64,000 bases of DNA from positions 79,608,001 to 79,672,000 of the forward strand of contig CM069137.1 of NCBI GenBank assembly GCA_035221665.1, read 5' to 3'. The DNA is from Okamejei kenojei. Taxonomy: Eukaryota. The notes under the pieces were generated by a model that did not search any database, had not been told where the DNA came from, and worked only from the letters and a program-made list of their open reading frames with translations. A program made the position numbers and the translations under genes. Position 1 is the first letter of the stretch. Each line of letters starts with the position of its first letter. Below, piece by piece: positions 13,401-25,816 of this stretch.

Positions 13401-14600
13401 TCGAGGATTTCAGGGAAGTCGGCCAGTACACGCGTGAATGTAGCATCCACGGATGACAGGGGCCCATCAGGCAGCACGACCGGGTCGCCCACGCGAAGAG
13501 AAACAGGCTCCAATGTTACAGAGTGCACCAGACGCTGCCACTTGGCATACACAAGCAGGGAATGTGCGTGTGGGAAGTCCGCGCCCAGCAACGTCAGCAT
13601 TGACGAATGGCCATGAAAAGCTGCCATCCCCTAAGTTGAGGGAGAGCGTGCGCACCCCATATGAACAGATTGGGCTCCAATTTCCCGCGGTGACGAAGGG
13701 GGCCACGTTTACCGGCGCAGACGTCGCCGTTATAAGGGGGCAGCACACTTATATCTGCCCCGGTGTCGACGAGGAAATGAGCCCCACGCAAACACGTTGT
13801 GCAGAGGTCTGGTCGAGGGCGCTGATACTATAATATTTTCTTGCATCTGCCGTCACGCCCCGCAGTGCAAACTGCGCCTCGGCCTGGTCAAACCATATTC
13901 CGGGCTCGTCGGTCCACAGGGTAGGCAGCTTCAGCGCAATGGCGTGGAGATCGGCAGGGCCAGCAAGGTCCAAGGGCGGTTGACCAGGTTGTGCGTCCTG
14001 TAGAACATTCGGGTCCATCGTGACTTGCGACAAAATGTCGAGGGTCACCAGCGTAGCGGGTGCATGAGAGCCCGGAATGAAGGCGAGAAGCCAGACAAAT
14101 TCTGTAGAGGCTTTAATGAGCACTCTTCACTTCAGTAAGAGACTGAAAAAATTGGTTTCGCGCCCAAAATCCCTGCTCTTATCTTCCTAGCTGGAAGCCA
14201 CCCCCGGACCTGTCCATCAAGTGCGGAGGGGGATGAACCAGTGAGTGGCCTATTCCCCAGGAACCACCACAGAAGCTAATTTCCACAGAACAAGCTTGCA
14301 TCAATAGCAATTTGAGAAGGACTACGTTACTTTCCACTTTACGTAATTTTAATTAAATGATAGTCAGGACTCCAGGAATAACTCAACGTCCCTCCTTTAT
14401 GTTAGTGCAGTGGGATATTTTGTGTCTGTCCGAATAAGTAGCCAAGACTGGAATCTTACTAATCCATCTGTTGCCCCTCTAGTAGTGCATATCTCCCTCA
14501 GTTATGTACAGGAATAACCATCCATAAAGGTTTTGCACTCATGGCTTCAGAATGGGAATTGAACCCACAACCTTTAGATTCAACAGAACCATTGCTGTCA
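10490..14600 (-). mobile_element. Ancient Deu-domain SINE (SacSINE1/AmnSINE1-like) split by the Gypsy insertion: about 10490-10571 plus 14272-14600
   Basis: atcccaaagc...ttttggagt...gtag | gaagctaattt...caggactccagg...agtgggatattt...ctccctcagt...ttgaacccacaacctt follows the reverse-complement DeuSINE consensus as I recall it. Confidence 0.6.
10572..14271 (-). mobile_element. Ty3/Gypsy LTR retrotransposon (probably Mag-like), degenerate, both LTRs present
   Basis: 5' LTR 14052-14271 and 3' LTR 10572-10794 (TG..CA; 5' LTR ends CG). PBS TGGTGACCCTCGAC is tRNA-Trp-like; poly-G PPT. Gag AIALKLPTLW..WFDQAEAQF, protease FLVDTGADISV, RT MPFGLKNA..YLDD, RNase H, integrase HHCC and GPY/F (RPYEGPFKV). 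4-bp TSD gtag/gaag. Many frameshifts; most of gag is deleted near 13790. Confidence 0.95.
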
Positions 14601-17600
14601 TCAATTATTACCACAGGGATTCCTCAATGAGTGCTGCTATGCCTTTCTCGCACACTTTAGAGTACAGTAATGTTTTAAATGTGATTTTAATACAACCATT
14701 TTTACCAATTCATAAGCAAAAATGTGCATACTTGCATTTAGGAGAAATATTTAACTGGACCAAATGATTTTCAAAACTTCTGTATAACATTTTTTACTAT
14801 TCCATTTTGTATCAGTGAAAAATAATACTTGTTCTTCCACAAAGAATCTTGTGTCATATTTATCACCTTTTACCATATGTTGCTTTAATGCTGTACTGTA
14901 TCATTCAAAGGCTCAGCAATGAAGTTTGTACAAGACACATTTACAATGGATCAAAGCATGCCTGTATTCTAGTTGTCATCCTACATTACTGGTAATAAAT
15001 GTTTCAGTTATATCAGCTAGAATGTCCTCAATTGAAACAAAAGTGTTAAAAGCTCAATAATTTGATATGTTTTGTGTGTGTCAGCATTTTATTCTAAACT
15101 GATGTCAAAGCAAACACAAAAAGACACAATGCTCATGCAAAAAGTCGAACATAATAATTTTGAGAGGGAAAGAGTTAGAAGATTTTAAACTAAAGTAAGT
15201 TTAACAAATAATACAAAGAAATGGAATATTGATGCTGTCTGACCAGCTACTCCAGCATGTCTTTCTTTGGTAAACCAGCGTTTGTGTTTCCTTGTTATTA
15301 CAATAAACTACCTGACATGCACATTAATTTTTACGTGCTATAATTAGCTAAATGTAGATTGCTAAAAAGGAATAAAAACTCATCTGCTGTGAGATCAAAG
15401 CAGCTTGTTGATACTTGCAAAAGCTCATAAAACGATGAGATAATTGATAAAAATGTTAATATATTTGCAACAAATTATAAAATCCATACATATATAAATG
15501 TACATTTATCATCAGTACAATCCAGATTGATGGTTTCCATTGATTTTAACATGCTAAATAAACAGCTTTGATATCCCCCCCCCCTATTTTTCTACCTAAA
15601 GCAGTATTGTCTTTTGAAACAAACCTCTTTTTTGTGATTAAATGAAAATTGGTTTCAAATTTGATCTCAACTATTAGAATAACAAGATACTTAAAAAATG
15701 TCCATTTCCATGTTGTTTAATTGGAAGACTGGTCTCAGACAAATGGTATAAGACGTTAACCAAATATAAGCCGACTTCTGCATTGTTTTGTGATACAGAA
15801 CACTCTATGACCTTGATCTGGTAAGATTTATACATTACAAATGTAGTCTGTAAAACAGAAAAGCTTATGTCGCTGATAAGTAGTGAGGGGCTTTACTTTT
15901 GCCTATCATACAGAAAGTTAATACTATACAGACCTGTCCAAGATTGGAAGGCCTCTACACTATTCAGACTTGGAGTTGTTCTGAATGACAATCTTCATGG
16001 TAGTGATCAAAGTGTAGACCATCTGGTTAGCTTCACAGTAAACAAACTGACTTGACCCTTGCCGCCAGTTTGCATGAGCACCAAAAAGCATCAGACCCTT
16101 TCTGTGTTTGTCTCATTGAGTACTGCTCTTTGATGTAATTGTGCCCATGACATTCTCACTAATACTGAAATCATTTGGGTTAATTTTCCTTCTAGTCTGC
16201 ATTTGGCTTTAGGTATTGTTACTGCCTAATAAATTGAACCTTGTTTATTGTAACTGCCTTGTCACAGGCCTGGTGATTAGAAACATTTATATTCTCTTGA
16301 AGAGCGGGATGGCTCAACATAATCCTACTCCAGGCTGCTACTTTGAAAAATCCCTTGTGCGTTAAAGATACATCCGTTAACAAAACTATGCCAAGCACCA
16401 TACATTGTTAATGCGTTGACTGAAGTTAATATGACTATTCACTTTCCAGAAAATAGTGAATTATAGTCTGACCCCCACAAAATATCTTTCATTAAGATTG
16501 TTCATGAAATACTGGAGATCTTATGGCAATTAAATATTGTGAGTGGAGTTTCAAAGGACATTTCATGAGCTGTTTACATTGGCCATGAGAACTTATCCCT
16601 GAGCAGACAATTGCGTTTGTTCATTATTAATGTAGAGTAACAGTGAAACACTGGAGTAGGAAAAAACTCTTAATTAAAATAAAACAGAAAACCACTGTTT
16701 TGCTTAATTACTTTTCACCAGATTATCTCCTACAATTAAACCTGAAGTATTAAGAAATAGATGGAATAAGTAACCAGTGAAGACCTTTATCAAAAAAGTT
16801 CAATGTTGCAAAGCAAAGTTAACTCCCAAACCCACTGATGTCTCCAATGGTTTTAGTCTCTGAAACAAAGCAGGAAACATCCACAATAAAAACAAAGTGT
16901 ATGCTGATTATCTGACCACAATCCTTTCTGTGCTGTTTTCCTGGAAACCTTCAGCACCGTATCAAAAACTTAGAAATTTGGTCAGGACTAAATTCTTCAA
17001 TCAAGTTGAAGCACTGGTTATTAATAAAAACATCTGGTTGATGAAACACTGGCCTTCCTTTATCCTATTACACATAAAAACCAAAACATTGCATGACAGA
17101 AAACTGATCTATCATTAGGGATAGAATCTGCTTCTGATAAATGTATTGTCAGAATCATATGCTTTCATATCTGTGAGTGTTCAGTTAGAATACTTTTATT
17201 GTGTAAACTGCTCATAACATCATAGCAGAAAACTATTGGATAATAATATTCTCTGTCTGACTAGATACAAGATATCTGGAAACATCCTTTCATTTAGCCA
17301 AGTACAGTTGTGTAGTATTTCAGTTGGTTGACTAATCATCCCACATTAGTCATCTGAGAATTTTAATTTAATTAGTTAAATATCCAAAATCAGTAAGCTG
17401 GTTTGTACAGAAGCCATAAAACTATTAGATGGTTATGAAGCTTCAGCTGGTTCAGAAATATGTTTTTGGGGGCAGGCGGGTTAATAAATCTGTCATCAAA
17501 CCGCGCACCATTACACTTACACTCTAACATGGCTTAGGAACCCTTTCTGTTGTATCAATCCATGGATAGGAACAATGCATTAAAAAAAAATGATAATACA

Positions 17601-17761
17601 CATTGCTGTAACATTGGTGAGAAAGGATGGGAGGACAGTAGGTTCATCTCAGACAAGTCCACAAAGTAGTCCTCATTAATATCTGGAGTGTAGTGCTATT
17701 GTTAAGGATCTCTGTCTGAGACTGGTTAGGACTGCTTAATAACAGTCATACTTCCAGAGTC

Positions 17762-17955
17762 AAACACAAAGTGCTGGAATATCTCAGCAGGTCAGACAGC
17801 TTCACTGGACAACATGGATAAGTGATGTTTCTGGTTGGTTTAGGGAAGGGTCTTGACCCGAAACGTGACCCATTCATGTTCTCCTGAGATGCTGCCTGAC
17901 CAGCACGTTGTGTCCTTTTGTGTATTAACCAACATCTGCAGTTATTTGATTTTAC
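17762..17955. mobile_element. Fold-back pair of Penelope terminal-repeat fragments
   Basis: Minus arm acacaaagtgctgg...gtgatgttt followed by plus arm gaagggtcttgacccgaaacgtgaccc...catctgcagtt. Confidence 0.7.
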
Positions 17956-19699
17956 ACAATCATTCTCTTCTCAATAACATTGCACGACATTGACCTGAAA
18001 CACGGGCACAGGGACATGTGTTTGCTAGTGTTATGGGAGAGGGTTATGTATGTTGTTGCCCTGTGGGTCAAAGTTGATTCCAACTCCCACGAGGATTGAA
18101 GGTTTAAAGTCAAAGCAAATGTTCTGATTTGCCATGTACCATGGAATCAGCACTTTATGTGAACGATCATTCATGTGAATCACTGAATGTAAAATGGGGA
18201 CAGACTGTGGTCCAGGAGGAGACTGCATTGTCCATTATTGAGTAACATCAAAGATGGAGCTGAACAAACCGCAGCTTGCAACAAGCAGCAAAGAAACCAA
18301 CAGGAGGGAGAAAACTGATCCTGTCCTCCCCATTCCACCAGCTGCAGATGCATCTCTTCACAATGGTATTATGGGCATGATCAGGGGTAGTCCGCATAGA
18401 AACCAAGTTATTTCTCCACACAATGGACATCTTTGTCAGGTGGCACTATAACCATAATAAATTGGAGAAATTAAGAGCAGAACTGGACTACCATGAGGAG
18501 TGCAGGGAATTAGTGTCAGAATTGTAAATTGATCAGTAATCCTTAACCTCATGGCCTGACTTACCTTCAGTCACCATCAATCTGAATGACTAACTCTGGT
18601 TCAATGAGGAAATGAGTAGGATTGCACAAGGTGTCCTTGAAAATAGAATGCCAAAGTGGTTAAGTTACAAAACTGGACTATAAATGTTATACAGCATAGG
18701 ATCACACACTCAGCCAATTGAATCACAACTTTGCAGCCATTGTATTTTTGCCTCAGAACTAGTTTGAGGGAATCAGACTGCCGTAAAACAGCTGTTTCTT
18801 GTACACATCACCGCATCAGCTTGGTACTGTGAAATATTAAGCAAGTTCATCATGTCTGCAAAAGACCATCCCATCCTAGTCAACTGCAAATTCCATTAAA
18901 TCGATTCTCCAAACGGCAGTCAAGTGATGGAAGGGTGTGAAAATTGTGGCCCACCACTAACCTGCTCATCGATGCTCAAGTTGGTCTCCATCAAGTCCAT
19001 TCAGCTTCAGGCTTAAAGACAGCGTTAATACAATAATGGCCACATGTACTTGCGAAATGCATTGTCCAATTGCTAAAACATCCCTTCCCTCAATCAAGAG
19101 TATTCCTATGAATGTGCATTGTGTACAGATACACTGTATCATTTTATTTTCTTGCAAAGTAGCACACTTTGGCCATCATTACTCGGACTTGGATGGAATG
19201 GTTTGGCACACCAATGCAAGGGGAACATTTAAGAGCCACCCACATTACTGTGTAAGACTGTGCAATCATAAAAGGTTCATGCAATATCGTGAAATTTTCC
19301 GAAGTTAAAATTATTGTTGCAAGTTCTTATTTCCTTCATTTTCTAGCACTTATTTCAAGTCAAGGTCGATTGAGGATGTTGTTAAAATTTGCTATCTTCT
19401 GGTTTGTCTCAGTAACTTGGGTACATTCAATTTTAAATAAATGGCACAAACATTTGATACTCCCTTTTCTGTCTGTCTCAGCCATAACCTAAGTTCAGTG
19501 GCATCTTATCAATAGTATTATTAGTTCTCCCTTTTTTTCTGAGAACGTGTAAAAAACATAGAAAAATTACATCTTCTGTGTACTTACTACATGAAAGCCT
19601 TTTAAATATTAAAAACGAGATGTCGAATGGTATGGTAGCATAGGGAGATTAAATTGGGAGCAGCTGTTGTTGGGTAAGTCCACATCTGAAATGTGGTGT

Positions 19700-20450
19700 T
19701 GTTTAATGTCCAGCTGATCACAGTTCAGGACCGACCTATTACAGTGATGAGAAAAACAAGGATGCCAAGGTAATGGAACCTTAGATGACCAGAAAAGTTG
19801 TAAATTTGGTGAAAAGGGAGCATATGTCAGGTTTAAGAAGATGAAATTGGACAGATTTAAAGTCTAAGAAGATTGAAATTTGAAGAATATAAAGCAAGCA
19901 GGAAAGAACACAAGCAGGGTATTAGATGAGGCCATGAAATGCCATTGATAAGTTGGGCTAAAGGAAATGCAAAGGCATTTTCTACATACGTTAAAAACAA
20001 GAGGGTAACCAAGGAGGGAATTTACACTTGGAGTCAGAGGATATAGGCAAGGTTCTAAACAAGTAGTTTGCACTGGTATTCACCAAGCAGAATTACATTG
20101 AGGATAGTGAGATCTTCGTGGAGAATGCGAATATGTTAGGGCAGTTTGAGATTACGGAGGAGTTCATGTGGGGCCTTTTGAAAAGTAGGAAACAAATAAG
20201 ATTGGGGTTTTAAGATGTTTCCTCTTACGAAAAGCTAAAACTATGGAGCACTGTTTAAAAATATTGTCCATTTAAGACAGTGAAATGTTTTCCTTCAGCA
20301 GTCCATGAGTTCCTGGAACTCACTTTGTCAAAGAGCACTGTCATCCATTGTGGATATTCAGGAATACAGAGCTGATGTTTCATTTCGAACACCTTGTTGG
20401 TGTTGAAGATCAGAGCTGGCTCAAGGGTCTGAGTGGCCTTTTACTATCTA
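19700..20450 (+). mobile_element. Old CR1 LINE fragment
   Basis: Degenerate KAFSTYVKNKRVT and FALVFTK motifs plus a CR1-like 3' end. Confidence 0.55.
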
Positions 20451-20812
20451 GGAAGTTCTTATCCATCCCATTGTTCTCGTCTCATTATTGATATTAGTCC
20501 ATTTAGATCCTTGAATTTAAAATAAGGAACTTATATCAGTATTGGTAGCAAGGAAACTATTAGATTGCCATTAATAAACTATGTTATTTTTAAAGTGCCG
20601 TCCACTGAGCAAAATCTATCCCATTTATCTTTATGTGACAGCAGACAGAATAACATGGTTTCCTTATGCACTGTTCACATGATGTGATCAACATTCATTG
20701 TACATCCCAAGATGTACTCGAACAATTTGTCAAATGTGATTTAAAAAACTGATTAATCGGCAAAACCTGACAAAGAAATAATGAAATAAAGCATTGGGCA
20801 GCTAGGGATGAA

Positions 20813-20850
20813 GCGTGTGTGCGCGCGCGTGTGTGTGTGTGTGTGTGTGT
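20813..20850. repeat. Mixed (GT)n/(GC)n alternating purine-pyrimidine tract
   Basis: gcgtgtgtgcgcgcgcgtgtgtgtgtgtgtgtgtgtgt. Confidence 0.9.
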
Positions 20851-21044
20851 TCCATCTAATCAAACCTAGAAACAATTCTGTACACCAGATAGCACGTAGA
20901 TCTTTAGTGTTGGGACGTGATCCTATTAGAAGTTGTGGCATTGCAGTGTAATGTATTTTATTGAGACAAACGTCTGTTGCCAGTGGAAGACCACATGAAA
21001 AACTGTTTACATCTTCTGGTGAAAGTGGTTTATTAGGATGTGCA

Positions 21045-21165
21045 GGAAGGAACAGCAGATGCTGGTTTATAAAGATAAGACACAAAATGCTAGAGTACTC
21101 AGCGGGTCAGACATCTCTGGAGAAAAGGAATAGGTGATATTTCAGGCTGAAACCCTTCTTCAGTT
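21045..21165 (-). mobile_element. Penelope terminal-repeat fragment
   Basis: aggaaggaacagcagatgctggtt...aacccttcttcag. Confidence 0.7.
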
Positions 21166-22074
21166 TGTTAGGATGATGTTTATTTAACTTAATTCTTTCC
21201 CTTTTTTTCTGTCTTTTCACAGCATCTTGCAGGTGATGATCCATTTCCAAGAGAGCCAATGTTTGTGTAATATTGTTCACTAGGTAAATAAGACCAGTGA
21301 TAGAGACAGAATTGTGGCCTTGATTCTTGAACTATAAGTAGCTTTATTCAATGTCTATTCCACTTTGAACTATGAATAGTAATCACTAAATAATTGGATG
21401 GAACTCAACTGTCCATGCTTCCTTCAAGAGCAGCACAGAAGTATAATATGCAATTGCAATTTTCATATTTTATTAAATTTGCTGTGGAAATTGCTTATTA
21501 ATGTTAGAGGAGAAACTTCTTAGATGTCCTGAAGTAGCTGTAGATCACTTCACCCATGGTTGCACAAGCTTTGATAATTGTTCAATGGTTCAGGGTTGCA
21601 GACAGGAAGAGCTTTATGGAAAATCTTGCAACATTAGGGCAAATACCAGGCCAATGAGTCTTATGTCTTGGAGACCCAGAGTCACTTATTTTCCTAGTCA
21701 AAGTGTTCTTCAAATAACCACTATTTTTTTAATGCTTGAATACGATAGGGTCTTTTCAGTGATTAAAAAAAAATTATTAGCCATGAGCCAAGCTGCCAAC
21801 ATCAATATGTATTCTTGCATAAAAGGTTTCTCTAGATTTTTCCTCACAGATTTGTGTACCTACCAAGGATGTTATCTGTCCAAAGAAATAACTTGTCATG
21901 TATCTGTAGCCGAGTGTTGCATTGCTGTGCACATAACCTTCACTTATAAGCCAGCAGACCAATGTTTGCTTCAAATGTTTTGTGCCAGACCATTTCCCAC
22001 TTAAATTGCCCAGCTGGAAATAAGGGAAATTATAACAACATGCATTTATATTGCAGCATACATATCCCCGGGCC

Positions 22075-22265
22075 ATAAAGGTATTTCACAGCCAATAAAG
22101 TACTTCTGAAATGTGGGCAGTCTAAATGTAACGGTCTGTTTGTGCAGAAAAAGTTTTGACAAGTAGCAAAAAAGTAAATAACCACAAGATTAGTTTAGGG
22201 ATAATAATTGGCCAGGAATCTGTGGTGACACCTTTCTGACTTTGAGCAGTGTCATGGGGGAACAG
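22075..22265 (-). mobile_element. Deu-domain SINE remnant
   Basis: tttcacagccaataaagtacttctgaa...attggccagga...gtgtcatggg resembles the Deu domain as recalled. Confidence 0.5.
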
Positions 22266-22559
22266 CAAGACGCTTGTTGTAGCATCACATTCCAAATTAT
22301 GGTGAAAGATTGACAAGCTTATTGATCTAAATTATGAGAATTATTACTCGAGCTAAGCTGCTGCAGCCTTATCTGTTTATATTTTTCTTAAAAATCACAG
22401 CCTAAAAACTCTTTCCAATAGAACATCACAGCAAACAACTGGAATTAAAGCAAGGAAGAAAGATTACAGAGTCAATGCAAAGATAAATTAGGTACAGTTG
22501 AGAAATGAGATACATTTTGTGGAATTGATGAGCAGTTAATTAATTATATAGGACAATTA

Positions 22560-22945
22560 AACAAACAGCACAGAAACAGGCTCTTCAGCCTAACTTGCTC
22601 ATGGGGACCAAGATGCCACATCTACACTGGTCCCACCTGTCTATGTTTGGCCCATTATCTCTCTAAACCTTTCATATCCATGTACCTGTCCAAATGCCTT
22701 TTAAAGGTTGTTATAGTACTTGCCTCAACTACCTCCTCTGGTAGTTCGTCCCTTGTACCCGTGATCCTTAGTGTGAAAAAGTTGTCCCCCAGGTTTCTAA
22801 AGGTTAATTACATAGTTTCTATACTGTGGCGACCAAAACTCCACACAATACTCTCGTGCAACCTAATCAATGTTTGTTCAACTATATCTAAATCACCCAA
22901 CTCGTATGCACAATTGCTCAGCCAATGATGGCGAGCATGCCGTAC
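22560..22945 (-). mobile_element. CR1 LINE 3' end
   Basis: Homologous to 7352-7575 and 45890-46110 (gcctcaactacctcctctgg). Confidence 0.75.
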
Positions 22946-24423
22946 AGAGATCCTAATTTCTGGGGTACCAACTATGGTAAAGCAAACTTTCCAGCTTTAG
23001 AATTTAAAAAAAAATTAAACTCTTCTTGTTTTTACTAAATTCACATAAATTATTTTAAACACTTCTCATTCTTTAATTGTTAAATCTTTAAGAAACATTT
23101 CAAAAATAGTAATAAAAATCTGCTGCAGGAACTGAGTCAGGCAGCATCTGTGGGAAAGAGATAAATGACAATTTGGGCAAGGACCCTTTTTCAGACTGAC
23201 CAGCTTCCTTGGGAAACTCACAGGCCAGGGAAAGTATAACCTGGGATACTTAGAAATAGCACTAATCATATAATTACTGATTCTTTAAAAGAGTAAACCA
23301 ACAGTAATTTCACACACAACCATCCACAAAATTCCTTAAATTATTGGTTGAACTACCGATATTTATACAGATTAAATAACAATTGTTAATATAGTTAATT
23401 GTTATTGTTCTATAACTAACATGATTCATGCCTTTCAGGGACATTTATACCTGGCTATATGCTGGTTAGATTACTATTTCCAGGGGAAATTAGTATCAAA
23501 CTTTCAGCTAAATCTTTCTGACCTGATATGTTGCACATCTTCCTACATACAATAGCCAAACAAGCAATTGCTTCATTGTAGGAATTTGCACTCCTCAGTA
23601 CTTGGGGCTCACTGGGAACAGTTTATTAAAACTAAAAGCCTCGCCTCACTAGCAATAATGTTCCTCTTCTGCTCGTTCTCATTGCAGAGTCATGCTCTCA
23701 TCATAGATACAACTTCTGTTTGTCCTTTAAATATGGCTTAAAAACTTGAGGCAAACAGTGAAAAGCATTTGAATGACAATCATTACCGAAAAGTATTAGG
23801 TATAATAATCTGGTTAGGTCAATACTATCACAACTGTTAAAACATTTATTTTTGATGTAATGTTGGTTTTGTCACGTTTAAGAAATACATGGAAAGAAAA
23901 TACAGCTCAAAACATTCCAGAATGTACTTACTTCTCTTGTTCCATGTACCCATGTGATCAAGTAGTAATCACAGGGATAGAATTCAGATGAATGTTGTAA
24001 GCATAATTTGTCAATTTAATTAAGCAGTGCATTAAATCAGCACGAGTCACAGTGATCAGTGCTGGCAACTTCCCAGATAAATAACAGCCGTCTCCACCTT
24101 CATTCTTCCTTGCCACCCACAAACCTGGTTTCACCTGCCCTTTTTTCCTTGTCTGCTTCCACCCATTCACCTGTGTCATGTCTCCCAACCTGCCGATCAT
24201 CCCCCCCCCCCCCCCCCCCCCGGATACTGGCCATCTTCCCTCTCCACTCTCATTAGATGCAGAATTTCACCCCGAAATGTTGACCTTCTTTTTGCTTCCA
24301 CACATGCTGCCTGACCTGCCGAGTTTGTCCAGCAGTTTGTTTTTTGTTCCAGATTCCAACATCTGTAGCCTTTTGTGTCTCACAGGATAAATTTCCAAGA
24401 AAGCATATCAGCACATTAATCAA

Positions 24424-24461
24424 TAGTCTGAAGAAGGGTCTCGACCCGAAACGTCGCCTAT
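24424..24461 (+). ncRNA. Minimal type I hammerhead ribozyme motif (Penelope type)
   Basis: CTGAAGA(A)-GGGT ctcg ACCC-GAAA-CG-TC; palindromic ACGT stem III; predicted cut after 24455. Stem I is weak. Confidence 0.65.
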
Positions 24462-24555
24462 CTCCTTCGCTCCTTAGATGCTGCTGCACCCGCTGAGTTT
24501 CTCCAGCCTTTTGTGTACCCTCGATCCTCCAGCATCTGCAGTTCCTTCTTTAACA
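24425..24555 (+). mobile_element. Young Penelope terminal-repeat copy with intact minimal hammerhead core
   Basis: Near-identical to 42776-42906; flanked by attaatcaat / ataaatcaat (10-bp TSD, 1 mismatch). An older copy lies just upstream (about 24090-24385) and a fold-back pair just downstream (about 24690-24960). Confidence 0.85.
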
Positions 24556-25816
24556 ATAAATCAATGGAATATACTTGGAATCAGTGGAAAAACAAATTAT
24601 TGAACTTCAACTATTCTTATTAATTTGTTCAACTTTACAGACAGGGCTCTACAGAATAGAAAAAGCTTTGTAACTTTACGGAGACACAACAGACTTCAGA
24701 TTCTGTAATAGAGCAAATAAAGAAAATGCATGAGAAACTGAGCGGTTCAGGCAGCAGCTATGCAGAGGGAATGGTTAACATCTCAGGATCAGTCCCTGCA
24801 TCAGGAATCCTTCCATTTGAATAACATGGTTCCAGTATTTTAGGGTTATGTGTTGCATTTAAATCTCAACTGATGCAGGGTCTCAACACAAAATGTTAAC
24901 CACCCCTCTGCCTCCACAGATGCTGCCTGACCCATTGAGATTCTCCAGCAGGTTTTTGCAACTTTGTTACTGATCATGGGACTAATCAATCAAATTATAG
25001 ACATAGACTACCCAGCCTAACTAGGGTAAGAAAAATAAATTGAACTGAATTTCCATGGGCTGCAAATTAGTCGCAGAAGCTTTATGGGCATTCTATCCAT
25101 TTGCAGGTCTTTGAAGAAACTACGGATACAAGTACTTAGATTTAACAATGATTTTGAAAAATTACCAAGCAGTAACCTATTGTACAGACTATAAATTACA
25201 TCATTTTAAATAACCAAATATAAAAACTAAAGGCCAAGCAAAATTGTATGTTTGTGATAAATCTATTTCCAGCAGAATTTGGAATGATTCGATGCAAATG
25301 AAGTATTTCCACAAAGTTTGAAATGCATGGCGACTTTAAGAAAAGCAATATTCAAACAAGTCAGGGAAAAAAAAGCACTTAAGTCCAGTCTTTACCGTCT
25401 TTCTTCTCAGGCACCCTCATCAATATTAAGAGTGGCATCCACCCCAGTTTTGCATTGTGAAGTAGCTAATGAAGTTAGTTTGAGAACTGCAGTGGATTCA
25501 GGAAATGCCTGACAGAAAAGGCAAGTGGGTGTTTGAGGTTATGCTATTTATGTGGAGCCTCTGTATGTTTTGGATGAATGTGTGTATGGCATGGTGAATG
25601 CACATAAAGTTGCAAATCTTGGATGTGACTACTCCCAAATACATTTAGGTTAAATCAATGATAAATAGGCAAAAAATATATACTGCTTCTATTTGAACAA
25701 CACAATTTGAATATTGGAAGCACAAGGAACTGCAGATGTTGGAATCTTGAGCAAATCACAAACTACTGAAGTAACAGCAGGTCAGGCAGCATCTGTGGAG
25801 GGAATAGATTAGCAAC

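Noticed and set aside
10600-14003. Many overlapping 60-200 aa ORFs on both strands
   Set aside because: They are alternative-frame or antisense by-products of the GC-rich Gypsy pol region. Only the minus-strand gag/pol fragments carry real motifs.
16917-17064. In-frame TGA after Cys as selenocysteine
   Set aside because: Neighbouring exon-like blocks have TAA and TAG stops and I see no SECIS, so ordinary nonsense decay is more likely.
21501-22004. 167-aa plus-strand ORF as a gene
   Set aside because: It has no recognisable domain or supporting gene structure and may be the antisense shadow of a decayed minus-strand exon.
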